In this document: positions 29,413-39,462 of the stretch, one piece after another | How positions within the stretch are numbered: position 1 is the first letter of the stretch | Layout: each line of letters begins with the position of its first letter | Origin: Trueperaceae bacterium | Lineage (GTDB): Bacteria > Deinococcota > Deinococci > Deinococcales > Trueperaceae | Direction of reading: 5' to 3' | Assembly: GCA_965213705.1 (NCBI GenBank) | Contig: OZ243913.1 | Location: forward strand, 3,648,001-3,712,000 | Length of the DNA stretch: 64,000 nucleotides | Translations under genes and position numbers: made by a program | The notes under the pieces: model-generated | Told to the model about the DNA's origin: nothing | Databases searched by the model: none | The model's input: only the letters and a program-made list of their open reading frames with translations

Positions 29413-30792
29413 ATCGACACCAACGAACCCACCTTTGCTCATTTCAACCTTTCGAAACCCTTGCAGAAAGCCGTTGCCGACCAAGGCTACAGCCGTCCCA
29501 CCCCCGTCCAGCTCGAGGCGATTCCCCCTGTTCTCGCCGGCCGAGACGTGATGGCGGCGGCGCAGACGGGCACCGGTAAAACGGCCGGGTTCACCCTGCC
29601 GCTGTTGCAGCGCCTCACCGCAACGCCGCAGAACACCTCCCGGTTCGGTCCCCGTCCGGTCCGGGCGCTCATCGTTACGCCGACGCGGGAACTTGCCGCG
29701 CAAGTCGCGGAGAGCGTCGAGACTTACAGCAAGTACCTAGACGTTCGGACGGCCGTCGTTTTCGGCGGCGTCTCCGCGGGGCCGCAAATCAGCGCGTTGC
29801 GCCGCGGCGTCGACGTGCTCGTCGCCACGCCGGGCCGCCTGCTGGACTTGGTCGGTCAAAAAGCGGTGTCGTTTTCGGAGCTGGAAATTTTAGTCCTGGA
29901 CGAGGCCGACCGGATGCTCGACATGGGCTTTATCCACGACATCCGCCGGATTATCAAACTGTTGCCCACCCGGCGGCAAACCCTCTTGTTCTCGGCGACT
30001 TTTTCAAAAGAGATTCGCCAGTTGGCCGAGGACTTCCTGAGCGACCCGGTGCGCATCGACATCACGCCGACGAACGCGGCGGCGGAAACGGTGACGCAGT
30101 GGCTTCACCCGGTCGACAAAGCGAGCAAGCCCAAAGTGCTGAGCCACCTCATCACCCACCACGGTTGGGAACAAGTGCTCGTTTTTACCCGCACCAAGCA
30201 CGGGGCCAACCGGCTGGCAAAAAAGCTCGTACAAGACGGCATCAACGCCACGGCGATTCACGGCAACAAGAGCCAGGGCGCGCGCACGCGGGCCTTGGCC
30301 GGGTTCAAAGACGGCTCGGTGCGGGTGTTGGTAGCGACCGACATCGCCGCGCGCGGCCTGGACATCGAAGAGCTGCCGCAAGTCGTGAACTTCGAACTGC
30401 CGAACGTGCCCGAGGACTACGTCCACCGCATCGGCCGGACGGGTCGCGCCGGGCTCGAGGGTCGGGCGATGTCTCTGGTCAGCGAGGACGAGGCTAAGCA
30501 GCTCTTCGACATCGAACGGTTGCTCAGACGAAGCCTGCCCCGCGAGCTGGTCGCAGGTTTCGAGCCCGCCACGGACTTTCTGACGAACCCCCGCTCAAGC
30601 TCGCCCCCCACGTCCGCCCCCCACGCTCGCAACGGCCCTCGCGGTGAGGGTCCAGGCACGCCCAGAAACGCCCCAGCACGAAACCGCCGCTCGAGACGCC
30701 CCCGACGCTCCGGCGACGGGAACAGGCCCCAATTGGACAACGCCCCCCGCAAAAAGACGAACAGCGGACCCAAAAAGCCGCGCCGCTCGTAG
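29413..30792 (+). CDS. rhlE: DEAD-box RNA helicase, RhlE-like; start uncertain, possibly non-canonical
   Basis: Q motif, [29 protein letters not shown], basic tail. Homology extends upstream of the first canonical start (TTG 29461). Confidence 0.88.
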   Translation: MDTNEPTFAHFNLSKPLQKAVADQGYSRPTPVQLEAIPPVLAGRDVMAAAQTGTGKTAGFTLPLLQRLTATPQNTSRFGPRPVRALIVTPTRELAAQVAESVETYSKYLDVRTAVVFGGVSAGPQISALRRGVDVLVATPGRLLDLVGQKAVSFSELEILVLDEADRMLDMGFIHDIRRIIKLLPTRRQTLLFSATFSKEIRQLAEDFLSDPVRIDITPTNAAAETVTQWLHPVDKASKPKVLSHLITHHGWEQVLVFTRTKHGANRLAKKLVQDGINATAIHGNKSQGARTRALAGFKDGSVRVLVATDIAARGLDIEELPQVVNFELPNVPEDYVHRIGRTGRAGLEGRAMSLVSEDEAKQLFDIERLLRRSLPRELVAGFEPATDFLTNPRSSSPPTSAPHARNGPRGEGPGTPRNAPARNRRSRRPRRSGDGNRPQLDNAPRKKTNSGPKKPRRS

Positions 30793-30995
30793 TTGTACTT
30801 TTCGTAGTTGTACTTTCTCGAGCGACCGTAGAGCCGCCTCACGGCGCAACCGAACGAGCTGCCGGGCTCACCTCCAATACCTTTTCCGGTTGATTCTTGC
30901 TGTTAACCCGAGCCAATAGTCCTGAACCGCAGGTAGTGACTATGACGGCTGAGCATTGAGCCGTGACCGATAGCCCCGCTGTTTCAGGACTGTCC

Positions 30996-31080
30996 AGCGA
31001 GAAGAAAAAGATACGGGCGCCGCTAAGGAAGCGAACAACTCTTCCAAGGTTTACGAGCTGTAGTATCGGAATCCGTCTAA
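30996..31080 (-). repeat. Degenerate copy of a small dispersed repeat (shared with 34312-34432)
   Basis: TAAGGAAGCGAACAACTCTTCCAAGG...GAGCTGTAGTATCGGAATCCGT matches the reverse complement of about 34315-34388. Confidence 0.75.
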
Positions 31081-31214
31081 GTTGCCAGCGTCTTCAAGCT
31101 CATCTGGTAAGTTTGCAAGAGACCAAGCCGGTTCATCCGTACGCTCGCGCTCGGTACGCTCGTGAAGCTCACTTCACTCGGGTGGTTTTGTGAGAGAAAG
31201 CCGCCGGGCGGTGC

Positions 31215-32183
31215 TCAAATCGCCAACACCTTGGCAATCTCGAACAGCTGCGTGTCGATTTTTTTCTTGCGCTCGAAGACCAGGTTCAAGGGCACGAACA
31301 CCGTGCCGCGCTTGTCGACGCCGACCATCACGCCGGACTTGCCCTTTTGCAGGCCTTGCACGGCGGTGTAGCCGAGGCGCGAGGCCAGCACCCGGTCGCG
31401 GGTCGAGGGGCTGCCGCCGCGCTGCACGTGGCCCAGGATACTGGTGCGGATTTCGTAACCGCAGTGGGCCTCCAACTCCCGCTGCAGCGCCATCGCGCCG
31501 CCCGGATACGCGCCCTCGGCGACGACGATGATGCTGCTCGCCTTGCCGCGTTCCTGCGCGCTGATGACGAGCGCGACGACCGCCTCGGCACCCATCTCGG
31601 ACTCAGGGACGAGGATGGCTTCGGCCCCCGCAGCCACCCCGACGTTGAGGGCGATGTGGCCCGACTTGCGGCCCATCACCTCGACCAGAAAAAGCCGGTC
31701 GTGGCTCGCGGCGGTGTCGCGCAGGCGGTCGATGGCCTCGAGCGCGATGTTCATGGCCGTGTTGAAACCTATCGACACGTCGGTGCCGTAAATGTCGTTG
31801 TCGATGGTGCCGGGAATGCCGACGACCGGGAAGCCGTGTTCCTCGTACAGCTTGCTGGCCCCCCGAAATGAGCCGTCGCCGCCGATGACGACCAGGCCTT
31901 CAATCCCGTGTTCGCGCAGGTTGGCGGCGGCCTGGGCGCGGCCCTCGGGTTCGAAAAAAGGCAGACAGCGGGCGGTGCGCAAAATGGTGCCGCCGCGCTG
32001 GATGATGTTGGCGACGCCGCGCGGCCCCATCCGTTCGATGTCGCCCTCGATAAGGCCTTGGTAGCCCCGGTAAACGGCCGACACGGTCATGTTCTCAAAA
32101 GTAGCGGTGCGCACGACCGCGCGAATGGCGGCGTTCATGCCGGGCGCGTCGCCCCCACTGGTGAGTACGGCGATATGCTTCAT
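31215..32183 (-). CDS. pfkA: ATP-dependent 6-phosphofructokinase
   Basis: TSGGDAPGMN, GGDGS, PGTIDND, EVMGR, GHVQRGG. Start set at ATG 32183. Confidence 0.96.
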   Translation of the reverse strand: MKHIAVLTSGGDAPGMNAAIRAVVRTATFENMTVSAVYRGYQGLIEGDIERMGPRGVANIIQRGGTILRTARCLPFFEPEGRAQAAANLREHGIEGLVVIGGDGSFRGASKLYEEHGFPVVGIPGTIDNDIYGTDVSIGFNTAMNIALEAIDRLRDTAASHDRLFLVEVMGRKSGHIALNVGVAAGAEAILVPESEMGAEAVVALVISAQERGKASSIIVVAEGAYPGGAMALQRELEAHCGYEIRTSILGHVQRGGSPSTRDRVLASRLGYTAVQGLQKGKSGVMVGVDKRGTVFVPLNLVFERKKKIDTQLFEIAKVLAI

Positions 32184-32265
32184 CAACTGCCCAGTATAGC
32201 TTAGAGGCTGTCGCACAACGCTTTGGCGGCTTTCGGCCAGGCGCGGCGTATACTGGGGCAAGCCT

Positions 32266-33837
32266 ATGAGCCAAACCCTTCCCAAGGCGCTGCTGGACGC
32301 CGCCGCGCACCACGCAGAGCAGACGTGTCTGGTCTATTACGACTCGAGCGGCGCACGCGAAAGCTGGACCTACGAGGCGTTTATGCTGTCTGCCCGCCGG
32401 CTCGCGACGCTGTTCAAAGCGCGCGGCGTCGCGCCCGGAGACCGGGTGGCGACCGTCTCGGGCAACCGCCCCGAGGTGCTGCTGAGCTACGTCGCCTGCT
32501 GGTTGTTGGGCGCGGCGGCTTGTCCGGTCAACGTGGACGAGTCGCCCACGCGCAAGGCTTATATTTTGAGACACGGTGACTGCAAACTGGCGCTCGCCGA
32601 GGCCGAGTACGTCGCGGAGGTGGCAGGTTGTGTGCCCGACCTTGTCCCTATCGAAACGCTGCAGACGGCGTTGACGAACCTCAAACCGCTGAACCTAGAA
32701 GACCTCCCGGCAAAAACGGGCGCGTTTCTCGTCTACACTTCCGGCACGACCGGCGCGCCCAAGGGCGTGCTGCTTACTCACGGCAACTTGCTCAGCAACG
32801 CGCTGGCGACGGCCAAATGGCACGAACTCAAACAGGGCGACGGCGTGATGACGGTGCTGCCCATTCATCACGTCAACGGCGCGGTGGTGACGGGGTTGAC
32901 CTCGCTGCTGGCGGGCGCGTGCAACATTTTAAACTGGCAGTTTTCGCCGCGAACCTTTTGGCGGCGCCTGGCGAAGGAGCGCGCCAGCCTCGCCTCGGTG
33001 GTGCCGACGCTGCTCGAGTTCTTGATAGCGGCCGACGAAGACACCTCTTCACTCGACCTGTCCGAACTGCGCTACTTGCTTTGCGGCGCGGGCCCGCTGC
33101 TGGGCGAGACGGTGACGCGCTTCGAGGAGCGTTTTAGTGTCCCCGTCTGCCACGGTTTCGGCATGAGCGAAGCGACCGCCTACAACACCCAGTTTCCGAT
33201 GGCTTTGCCGAGCGACGAGCGCCGCTACTGGTACCGCGCCTTCGGTTATCCGAGCGTGGGCTGCGCGCTTGAATGCAACGAGGTGGCGGTGCTGCGCGCG
33301 GACGGCTCGGAAGCCGCGCCCTTGGAGCGCGGCCAACTCGCGGTGCGCGGTCCGGCGGTGATGACGGGTTACTTGGGCGACCCCAAGGCGACGAACGCGG
33401 TTTTCAGCGGCGACTGGTTTTTGAGCGGCGACGAAGGCTTTTTTGAAATCGACCGCACCTCGCGCAAGTTTTTTTTCGTGAGCGGACGGCTCAAAGAAAC
33501 TATCGTTCGGGGCGGCGCGAACGTGTCGCCGTTGGAAATAGACGACGTCCTGAAACGCTTGCCCGGCGTCCGCTTCGCGCTCAGTTTCGGGTTTGAAAAC
33601 GTCTTTTACGGTGAAGAGGTGGCCGCCTACCTGGTTTTGGAAGCTGGGACGCGTCTGGACGAAGCGGCGGTGCTCGAGCACGCCAGACACCACCTGCCTT
33701 TCGCCAAAACACCCAAGGTCGTCCTTTTCGGCACAGACTTACCCTTTACGACGACCGGCAAACCGAAACGCCTCGCCCTCGCCGCCACGCTGGCGAGCGA
33801 CTTGGCACGGTACCGGGACGTGCAGTTCAAAGCTTAA
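32266..33837 (+). CDS. AMP-dependent acyl-CoA synthetase
   Basis: YTSGTTGAPKG, GFGMSE, SGD, GRLKE, TTTGK. Confidence 0.9.
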   Translation: MSQTLPKALLDAAAHHAEQTCLVYYDSSGARESWTYEAFMLSARRLATLFKARGVAPGDRVATVSGNRPEVLLSYVACWLLGAAACPVNVDESPTRKAYILRHGDCKLALAEAEYVAEVAGCVPDLVPIETLQTALTNLKPLNLEDLPAKTGAFLVYTSGTTGAPKGVLLTHGNLLSNALATAKWHELKQGDGVMTVLPIHHVNGAVVTGLTSLLAGACNILNWQFSPRTFWRRLAKERASLASVVPTLLEFLIAADEDTSSLDLSELRYLLCGAGPLLGETVTRFEERFSVPVCHGFGMSEATAYNTQFPMALPSDERRYWYRAFGYPSVGCALECNEVAVLRADGSEAAPLERGQLAVRGPAVMTGYLGDPKATNAVFSGDWFLSGDEGFFEIDRTSRKFFFVSGRLKETIVRGGANVSPLEIDDVLKRLPGVRFALSFGFENVFYGEEVAAYLVLEAGTRLDEAAVLEHARHHLPFAKTPKVVLFGTDLPFTTTGKPKRLALAATLASDLARYRDVQFKA

Positions 33838-33882
33838 ACGCGAGCTTTCGAAACAGCGTGAGGTGCAGGCCTCACCGACAAC

Positions 33883-34095
33883 GTGGCCTGCGGGGGTCTA
33901 AACTCAAGTCACCCTCGAGGACGAGGCTCGCGTTATTTCTTAGGAGGCGTCTTGTTTTACATCGTTGCACTGCTCGGTTTGGGCGGCCTGTTTGTCGCTA
34001 TGTTCGCCCTGTGGTTCGTCGTGTGGGCTTTTACGATGAGCGGACCGGGCTACGGTCTGGATTTGGAAGACGCTTACGTGCAAATCTCCGACTGA
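33883..34095 (+). CDS. Possible small membrane protein
   Basis: One long hydrophobic segment; start uncertain. Confidence 0.3.
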   Translation: MACGGLNSSHPRGRGSRYFLGGVLFYIVALLGLGGLFVAMFALWFVVWAFTMSGPGYGLDLEDAYVQISD

Positions 34096-34311
34096 AACAG
34101 GGTTTTCTCGCCGCTCGCGGTTCGAAAATCACTCGCAGGTCTGAACCTGCGATGAAAGTCCGTCTCGAGCCAACAAGTCCCAAACTGCTAAAACTTATCA
34201 CCGACGGCTCCACGCCCTGCCATGAAAGTCACGGTTCAAACAGCCCTACGCCAAAAGAGAAACCATTTCGAACAGGGTCATCAGGCCGTCACGGGTGCCG
34301 GCTCGAGGCCA

Positions 34312-34432
34312 TCATACGGATTCCGACACTACAGCTCCCCTTGGAAAAGTTGTTCGCTTCCTTACCGAAATCCGTATTTTTTCTCGCTCTGCTCGCATTC
34401 GATTTCGAGGAAATCAAACGGAAAGGGTATCA
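34312..34432 (+). repeat. Small dispersed repeat / MITE-like element
   Basis: Starts TCATACGGATTCCG, has an internal CGAAATCCGTAT, ends with a degenerate inverted CGGAAAGGGTATCA; second copy at about 31.0 kb. Confidence 0.7.
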
Positions 34433-34519
34433 GGTGCAAGTCTCGGCGCGAAAAACCTCTTACGAGTTGAAACGCAACCCATTCTAAGCTGCGGGCTGTA
34501 CGACCGAAATCCAAAGTAG

Positions 34520-35452
34520 TCAAAACTTTTCGCACTGCGTTTTTAGGAGTGGACTGCCGCCGCGCCGGGACTCGGTAGTGTAAACAAATCCCCGCCCGTC
34601 CTGCACGTAGGCCAAACCCTCTTGTTGAGGAAGCCGCTTCAAGGTGACGCGCTCGGACGGCGTAGCCGCGCCGAGCTTGGTCAAGGGCGCGTCGGGCAGC
34701 GTGCTCAAGTCGAGGCCGACCTCGAACGCGGCGTTGTAGGTTAAGACGAGAAAGCGAGAGCCGTCGGGGGCGATGTCCAAACCGGTCGCCAGGTGGCTGA
34801 GCAGGTCGAAAGCCGAACCGCTCAGGGCGCGCAAGTCCAAGGTGGCGACGAGGCGCAGCGGCAGCGGCGCGCGCGTGTCGGTTTGCCACTGTGCGGCGCG
34901 CACGCGGTAAAGACGGGCCGCCGCCGTCCCGAAGGGCGACACGGTTTCTTTGCTCAAAACGTACAGGTCGCCGTTGGGGTGAACCGCCAAACCCTCGGCG
35001 TCGTGGGGGCCGTCGGGGTAGACGAGAGCGTGCCGGTAGCGCGGCGTGACGCGCTCGGCAAAGTCGCGCTGCTCTTCGACCGCGATGATTTCGACCCGGT
35101 CGCGGATACTGTTGTTGCCGCCGATGTTGCCGAGAACCAAGCAAGAACCGCCGCCGCAAGGCCCGACCGCCAAGGCTTCCAAATCGCGGGCAACGTTGCC
35201 CAGGCTCCCGACACGCACCCGCTGTAACCCTTCACCTTGCAAGTTGGACAAGTAAAAGTAAGGCGAGCCGGAGTCGTTCACGCTGTACAAACGTTCAGGC
35301 ACCAGGGCGGAGACGGCCAAGCCGCTCACCTCACGCAAAGCGTCATCGTCCAACAGACCTAGACGTTCGGCCGCACCCCACCGTTGGCAGGGTTGGGCAA
35401 AACTCAAGGCCGCCGTAACAAGAACCAGCACAAACAAAAGTCGCCGACACAT
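34520..35452 (-). CDS. Secreted hypothetical protein, probable beta-propeller
   Basis: Signal peptide MCRRLLFVLVLVTAALSFA; EVSGLA, NDSG, DLEALA, YPDGPHDAEGL motifs. Confidence 0.7.
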   Translation of the reverse strand: MCRRLLFVLVLVTAALSFAQPCQRWGAAERLGLLDDDALREVSGLAVSALVPERLYSVNDSGSPYFYLSNLQGEGLQRVRVGSLGNVARDLEALAVGPCGGGSCLVLGNIGGNNSIRDRVEIIAVEEQRDFAERVTPRYRHALVYPDGPHDAEGLAVHPNGDLYVLSKETVSPFGTAAARLYRVRAAQWQTDTRAPLPLRLVATLDLRALSGSAFDLLSHLATGLDIAPDGSRFLVLTYNAAFEVGLDLSTLPDAPLTKLGAATPSERVTLKRLPQQEGLAYVQDGRGFVYTTESRRGGSPLLKTQCEKF

Positions 35453-35547
35453 CCGAACAGCGTAAAGCTTGGGCGAGGCCGGGACAGTGAGAAACTGAAA
35501 ACGCCCCGTGCTTACGGGGCGCGGCAGCCACGAACCGTAAAGAGGGG

Positions 35548-35898
35548 CTAGGATTCGAAGGGTCGGACTACCGAGGACGCCGAACACTCGTTGACCTCGA
35601 CGTACCAAGAGTCACCCTTGGCGAATATTTTACGGCTGACGGTTTCGTATTGGCCGAAGTCGACAACGGCGTTGGCGAAGTATTCGGCGACGATTTTGCT
35701 CGAGAAAGGGCCGACAAAACAGTCGTGTTCGCCCTGCCAACGGTTGGGAACGATGGGCTTGGCTTTGTGATGCTTGGACGGCCCCCGGGGTTCACGAGTC
35801 CTAAGATTTTCCACGTTCTTCACCTTTCTCGCAGGTGGTTTGGGCTGACGACGTTTGGGTTGTAGTGACCTGGAAAAGTAGTTTACGGTTTTACTCAA
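35548..35898 (-). CDS. Hypothetical protein
   Basis: 116-aa ORF filling the gap; no recognised motif. Confidence 0.45.
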   Translation of the reverse strand: MSKTVNYFSRSLQPKRRQPKPPARKVKNVENLRTREPRGPSKHHKAKPIVPNRWQGEHDCFVGPFSSKIVAEYFANAVVDFGQYETVSRKIFAKGDSWYVEVNECSASSVVRPFES

Positions 35899-36049
35899 TG
35901 ATAAAGGTGAATTTTTATTCTCATGGCGACAAAAAGGGACGCCGTGTGAAGTTTCTTACCTCAACACGGCCGAAAATTGGGTCGAATACTGCGCTCGAGC
36001 CGATTTTTACCGGTTTACGACCGCGCTGTCGCGTTGTTGCCGCGTTGCC

Positions 36050-37075
36050 TTAGGCGCTCACCAAACTCGGTTTGAACGCACCTTCGGCTGCCAAAAATTC
36101 ACCGATTTGCACGGCGTTCAGCGCCGCCCCTTTGCGCACTTGGTCGCCCGCAACGAACAGGGCGATAGCGCCGGGCCGGCTGGCATCCTCGCGGATGCGG
36201 CCCACAAAACAGTCGTCTTGCCCGCTGACGTTTAGAGGCATGGGAAAAGTGTTGCCCGCGCGGTCGTCGCTGAGTTGCAAACCAGCGGCGTCTTGCAAGA
36301 CCGCGCGAGCCTCCGCCACACTCACCGGTTGTTCGAACTCGGCGTGAATCGCTTCGGAGTGAGCGCGGAACACGGGCACCCGCACGCAAGTCGCGCTGAT
36401 AAGCAAGTCGGGGGCGTGCAGGATTTTACGCGACTCTTGGAGCAGTTTGCGCTCCTCGACGTTGTAGCCGTCTTCGCCGACGTCGCTGTCGTGGCTGAAC
36501 AGGTTGAAAGCGATGGTGTGCTGAAACTTTTTGGGCGCGACGGTCTCGCCGGCCAGGGCCGCTTTCGTTTGCAGGGTCAACTCGTCGATGCCCGCCGCGC
36601 CCGCGCCCGACACCGCTTGGTAGGTTGCAATGGTCGCGCGGGTCAGCCCAAACGCCCGGTGCAGCGGGGCCAGCGCCATAAGCGCGATAATCGTCGAGCA
36701 GTTGGGGTTGGCAATGACGCCGTCATGCGCAAGTGCGTCCTCCGGGTTGATTTCCGGCACGACCAGCGGCACGCGCTCGTCCATGCGCCAGGCCGAGGTG
36801 TTGTCGATAACGGTTGCCCCGTGCCGCGCCCAGTCCCAGGCTCGAGCCTTCGAAATACTCCCGCCCGCCGAAGAGAAAACGATGTCCGCGTGCAAGTTGC
36901 CGTCTTCGGGCAGCGCTTGGACGCTCAGTTCTTGAGCGCCGAAGGAAACCTGTTTACCCGCCGAGCGTTCTGAAGCGTAGAGCGTGAGCGTCGTCAGGGG
37001 AAACTTTCTTGTTGAGAGAAGGTCCAAAAATTCCTGCCCGACCGCGCCGGTGGCGCCGACAATCGCTACACGCAT
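36050..37075 (-). CDS. asd: Aspartate-semialdehyde dehydrogenase
   Basis: VGATGAVG, PLVVPEIN, ANPNCST, YQAVSGAG, CVRVPV, RKGAALNAVQI. Confidence 0.96.
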   Translation of the reverse strand: MRVAIVGATGAVGQEFLDLLSTRKFPLTTLTLYASERSAGKQVSFGAQELSVQALPEDGNLHADIVFSSAGGSISKARAWDWARHGATVIDNTSAWRMDERVPLVVPEINPEDALAHDGVIANPNCSTIIALMALAPLHRAFGLTRATIATYQAVSGAGAAGIDELTLQTKAALAGETVAPKKFQHTIAFNLFSHDSDVGEDGYNVEERKLLQESRKILHAPDLLISATCVRVPVFRAHSEAIHAEFEQPVSVAEARAVLQDAAGLQLSDDRAGNTFPMPLNVSGQDDCFVGRIREDASRPGAIALFVAGDQVRKGAALNAVQIGEFLAAEGAFKPSLVSA

Positions 37076-37532
37076 ACTGGTTCCTTTCTTGTACCCGCTC
37101 GTCCTGCGGCGTAAGAAAGGAGTCTAGCACACGGCTTGGGCCTGTGCTGCATCTTTTACCTGCTTGCGGCTGGCAGATACCTTGACCGGGAACCGTGTCG
37201 AAAACCTGTGTTCGGTCAGTCTTTCGGCTCGAGCCAGCGTGCAGCGACAGCGGGACGGTTGTCGGGAGGCAGTTCAAGTTTGGTAACGGGTTTGTGAAGA
37301 GGGCCGTTCACGCTTTTACCTTTTGGCGCAGCCCCACCCCTACCGGCAGCGTGTCCGCTCAGTATGATGCGCCAACATTAATCAGTAGTGAGACGTCAGT
37401 ATTAAGACGGCTGAGCGGGTCGGTTTTTCTCGGGTCCGCTTCTCTGAGGCATCGAGACTTCAACGCTTCAGGGAAACGCCGTAACAAGGTGATGAAGGGT
37501 TCAACTCAGCGGTTGCGCCGCACCTCGGTCAC

Positions 37533-38321
37533 TTACCTCGCCAGCTTAAGAATCCTGAACGCGCCCCTGACCACAATCACAAAAACGACTGCGCCGACGA
37601 CAAGGTCGGGTAAACCTGTGTTCAGCCAGTTGACAAGCAAACCCGCCGCAATGACGCCAAGGTTGATGACGATGTCGTTGCTGGTAAATATCATACTGGC
37701 TTTCATGTGCGCTTCGCCGCTTTTCGAGCGCTGCAAAAGGTAAAGGCAAACAGCGTTAGCAGCGAGTGCCAGGACAGATACCGCGATCATGGTGCGGAAG
37801 TCCGGCAAGGCTTCCAAACCAAAAGCCCTTCGCAAAACCTCAAGGAATCCAAACGCCGCCAGGCTGAGCTGGAAGTACCCGCTCCACTTGGCAACCTGTT
37901 TTTTACGCGCCGCCGCTGCTCCGACAGCTACGAGGCTGAGACTGTAGACCAAAGCGTCAGCCAACATGTCCAAACTGTCGGCAACCAAGCCCATCGACCT
38001 CGAGATGAGTCCGGCGGTCATCTCTATAACAAAGAACCCTGCGTTGATGACAAGCACCGCCCAGAGCAAGTTGCGTTGAGCGGTGTGTTCGGCCGCCTCC
38101 TCATTTGACACCTCGGTTCCGACCAGCGACGAGCCGAGTTTGAGTTCGTCGAGAGCTTGTTCGATGCGTGCCAGTTCGCCCTCGTGGAAAACGGTCAGTT
38201 CTCGTTGGGACAGGTCAAAATCCAAACCTCTGACCGCTTCAACGCCGTCCAACTTCATTCTCACTAAAACTTCTTCGGCGGCGCAGTCCATCCGTGCGAC
38301 CTTAAAAAGCGTTCTGTCCAC
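37533..38321 (-). CDS. Cation diffusion facilitator-like transporter with N-terminal HMA-like domain
   Basis: MDCAAEE N-terminus; SMGLVADSLDMLAD and SND TM motifs. Confidence 0.85.
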   Translation of the reverse strand: MDRTLFKVARMDCAAEEVLVRMKLDGVEAVRGLDFDLSQRELTVFHEGELARIEQALDELKLGSSLVGTEVSNEEAAEHTAQRNLLWAVLVINAGFFVIEMTAGLISRSMGLVADSLDMLADALVYSLSLVAVGAAAARKKQVAKWSGYFQLSLAAFGFLEVLRRAFGLEALPDFRTMIAVSVLALAANAVCLYLLQRSKSGEAHMKASMIFTSNDIVINLGVIAAGLLVNWLNTGLPDLVVGAVVFVIVVRGAFRILKLAR

Positions 38322-38483
38322 ACCTCACCCCCCTTGTTGCAAGCAGCCGCTTGTTTGGTTGCAGGCCGGTGTCGCTGCGTAACCGGTGACGATACCGCAG
38401 CCCGGGACGGGCCCTAGCCGAGTCCTCAGCATTTTGGGCAGGACGAGTCCCTAATACCCTACAGCGCAGCGCCTCTAAGTGGC

Positions 38484-38843
38484 TCACAAGGCGAGCCAGG
38501 ACAACACAGAAATGATGCCAAACACAATCCAGGAAAGATGCCTTGCACGTGTAAAAACCAGAGATAGAACAGCACTTGTAGCAAAAACTACGCTAACAAC
38601 CACCAACAAATTTTGCCTTAAGTCTAAGTTGCCGTAAACCGCAAGCAGCAAGTAACCGAAACCGAACCAGGTTACTGTCGTAAGATGCCAAGCGAATCTC
38701 AACGTGAATCGTGTAAAGCTGTCATCCCCAAAAAGCTTAGATAACTGCTCGTACTTCAATAATCTCATGACAATGTATTTTTCACCCAAAAATGAGTGGG
38801 CTACAGCAATTAGAAAAATAAGAGCTGAGGCAGCAGTTAGCAC
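38484..38843 (-). CDS. Small multi-pass membrane protein, AT-rich
   Basis: Four hydrophobic segments; AHSFLGE and FAWH motifs. Confidence 0.7.
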   Translation of the reverse strand: MLTAASALIFLIAVAHSFLGEKYIVMRLLKYEQLSKLFGDDSFTRFTLRFAWHLTTVTWFGFGYLLLAVYGNLDLRQNLLVVVSVVFATSAVLSLVFTRARHLSWIVFGIISVLSWLAL

Positions 38844-38948
38844 GAGACCTCTTAACTAGAGATTATACCGTAGCCTAAGCTGGGCTCGAGCCAAACCATT
38901 TCTCAGACAACTACCTCACTTCGCCTCGCGCCATTCGGGTTAGGCTGC

Positions 38949-39185
38949 TCACGCGTCTTCTTTTTCGCGCCACTCGCCGTCGTCGCCCTTTTTGTAGGTC
39001 TGTTTGACGGCTCCCCAGGCGACCCGGTGGGCGGTTTCTTCTCGAGATGCGTCGCCGCGCCGGTCTTCGGGGACTTTGTACTCGTCCCAGGCGCTGTTGT
39101 AAGCCTCTTTGTAAATCTCTTGGGCGTGTTTGGGCAGGTTGTCACGCACGCTGTCGGGTAAGTCTGTAACGCTGTCGTAAGGCAT
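38949..39185 (-). CDS. chaB: ChaB-family protein
   Basis: MPY....LP.SVR..LPKHAQEIYKEAYNSAW...AHRVAWGAVK. Confidence 0.9.
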   Translation of the reverse strand: MPYDSVTDLPDSVRDNLPKHAQEIYKEAYNSAWDEYKVPEDRRGDASREETAHRVAWGAVKQTYKKGDDGEWREKEDA

Positions 39186-39462
39186 AGCTGACCCCTTTCA
39201 AACCGAAGTTCGCACAGTGTAGGGCGTTGCGGCGACAAAAACGGTTTCACAGCACCAAAAGTGTTCGTGTCGTGGCCTGCGGTAACCCGAACGGCGGGGT
39301 CCGAACGGCGGGGTCTGAACGGCGATGTCAAAGCAGTGGCGTTAAAAAAGCAGTGTCGAGGCAAACCTAGACACGGAAGGGGTTTTTGAGTATCCTATAG
39401 AGTTGCGTGTCTTTATTTAAAGCAATCGAACAAAGGAAAAGCCAAGCACCAGTGGAGGAACC

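Noticed and set aside
37330..37532. Lysine riboswitch upstream of asd (GAGGTGCG seen on the minus strand)
   Set aside because: The other conserved aptamer elements were not recognisable.
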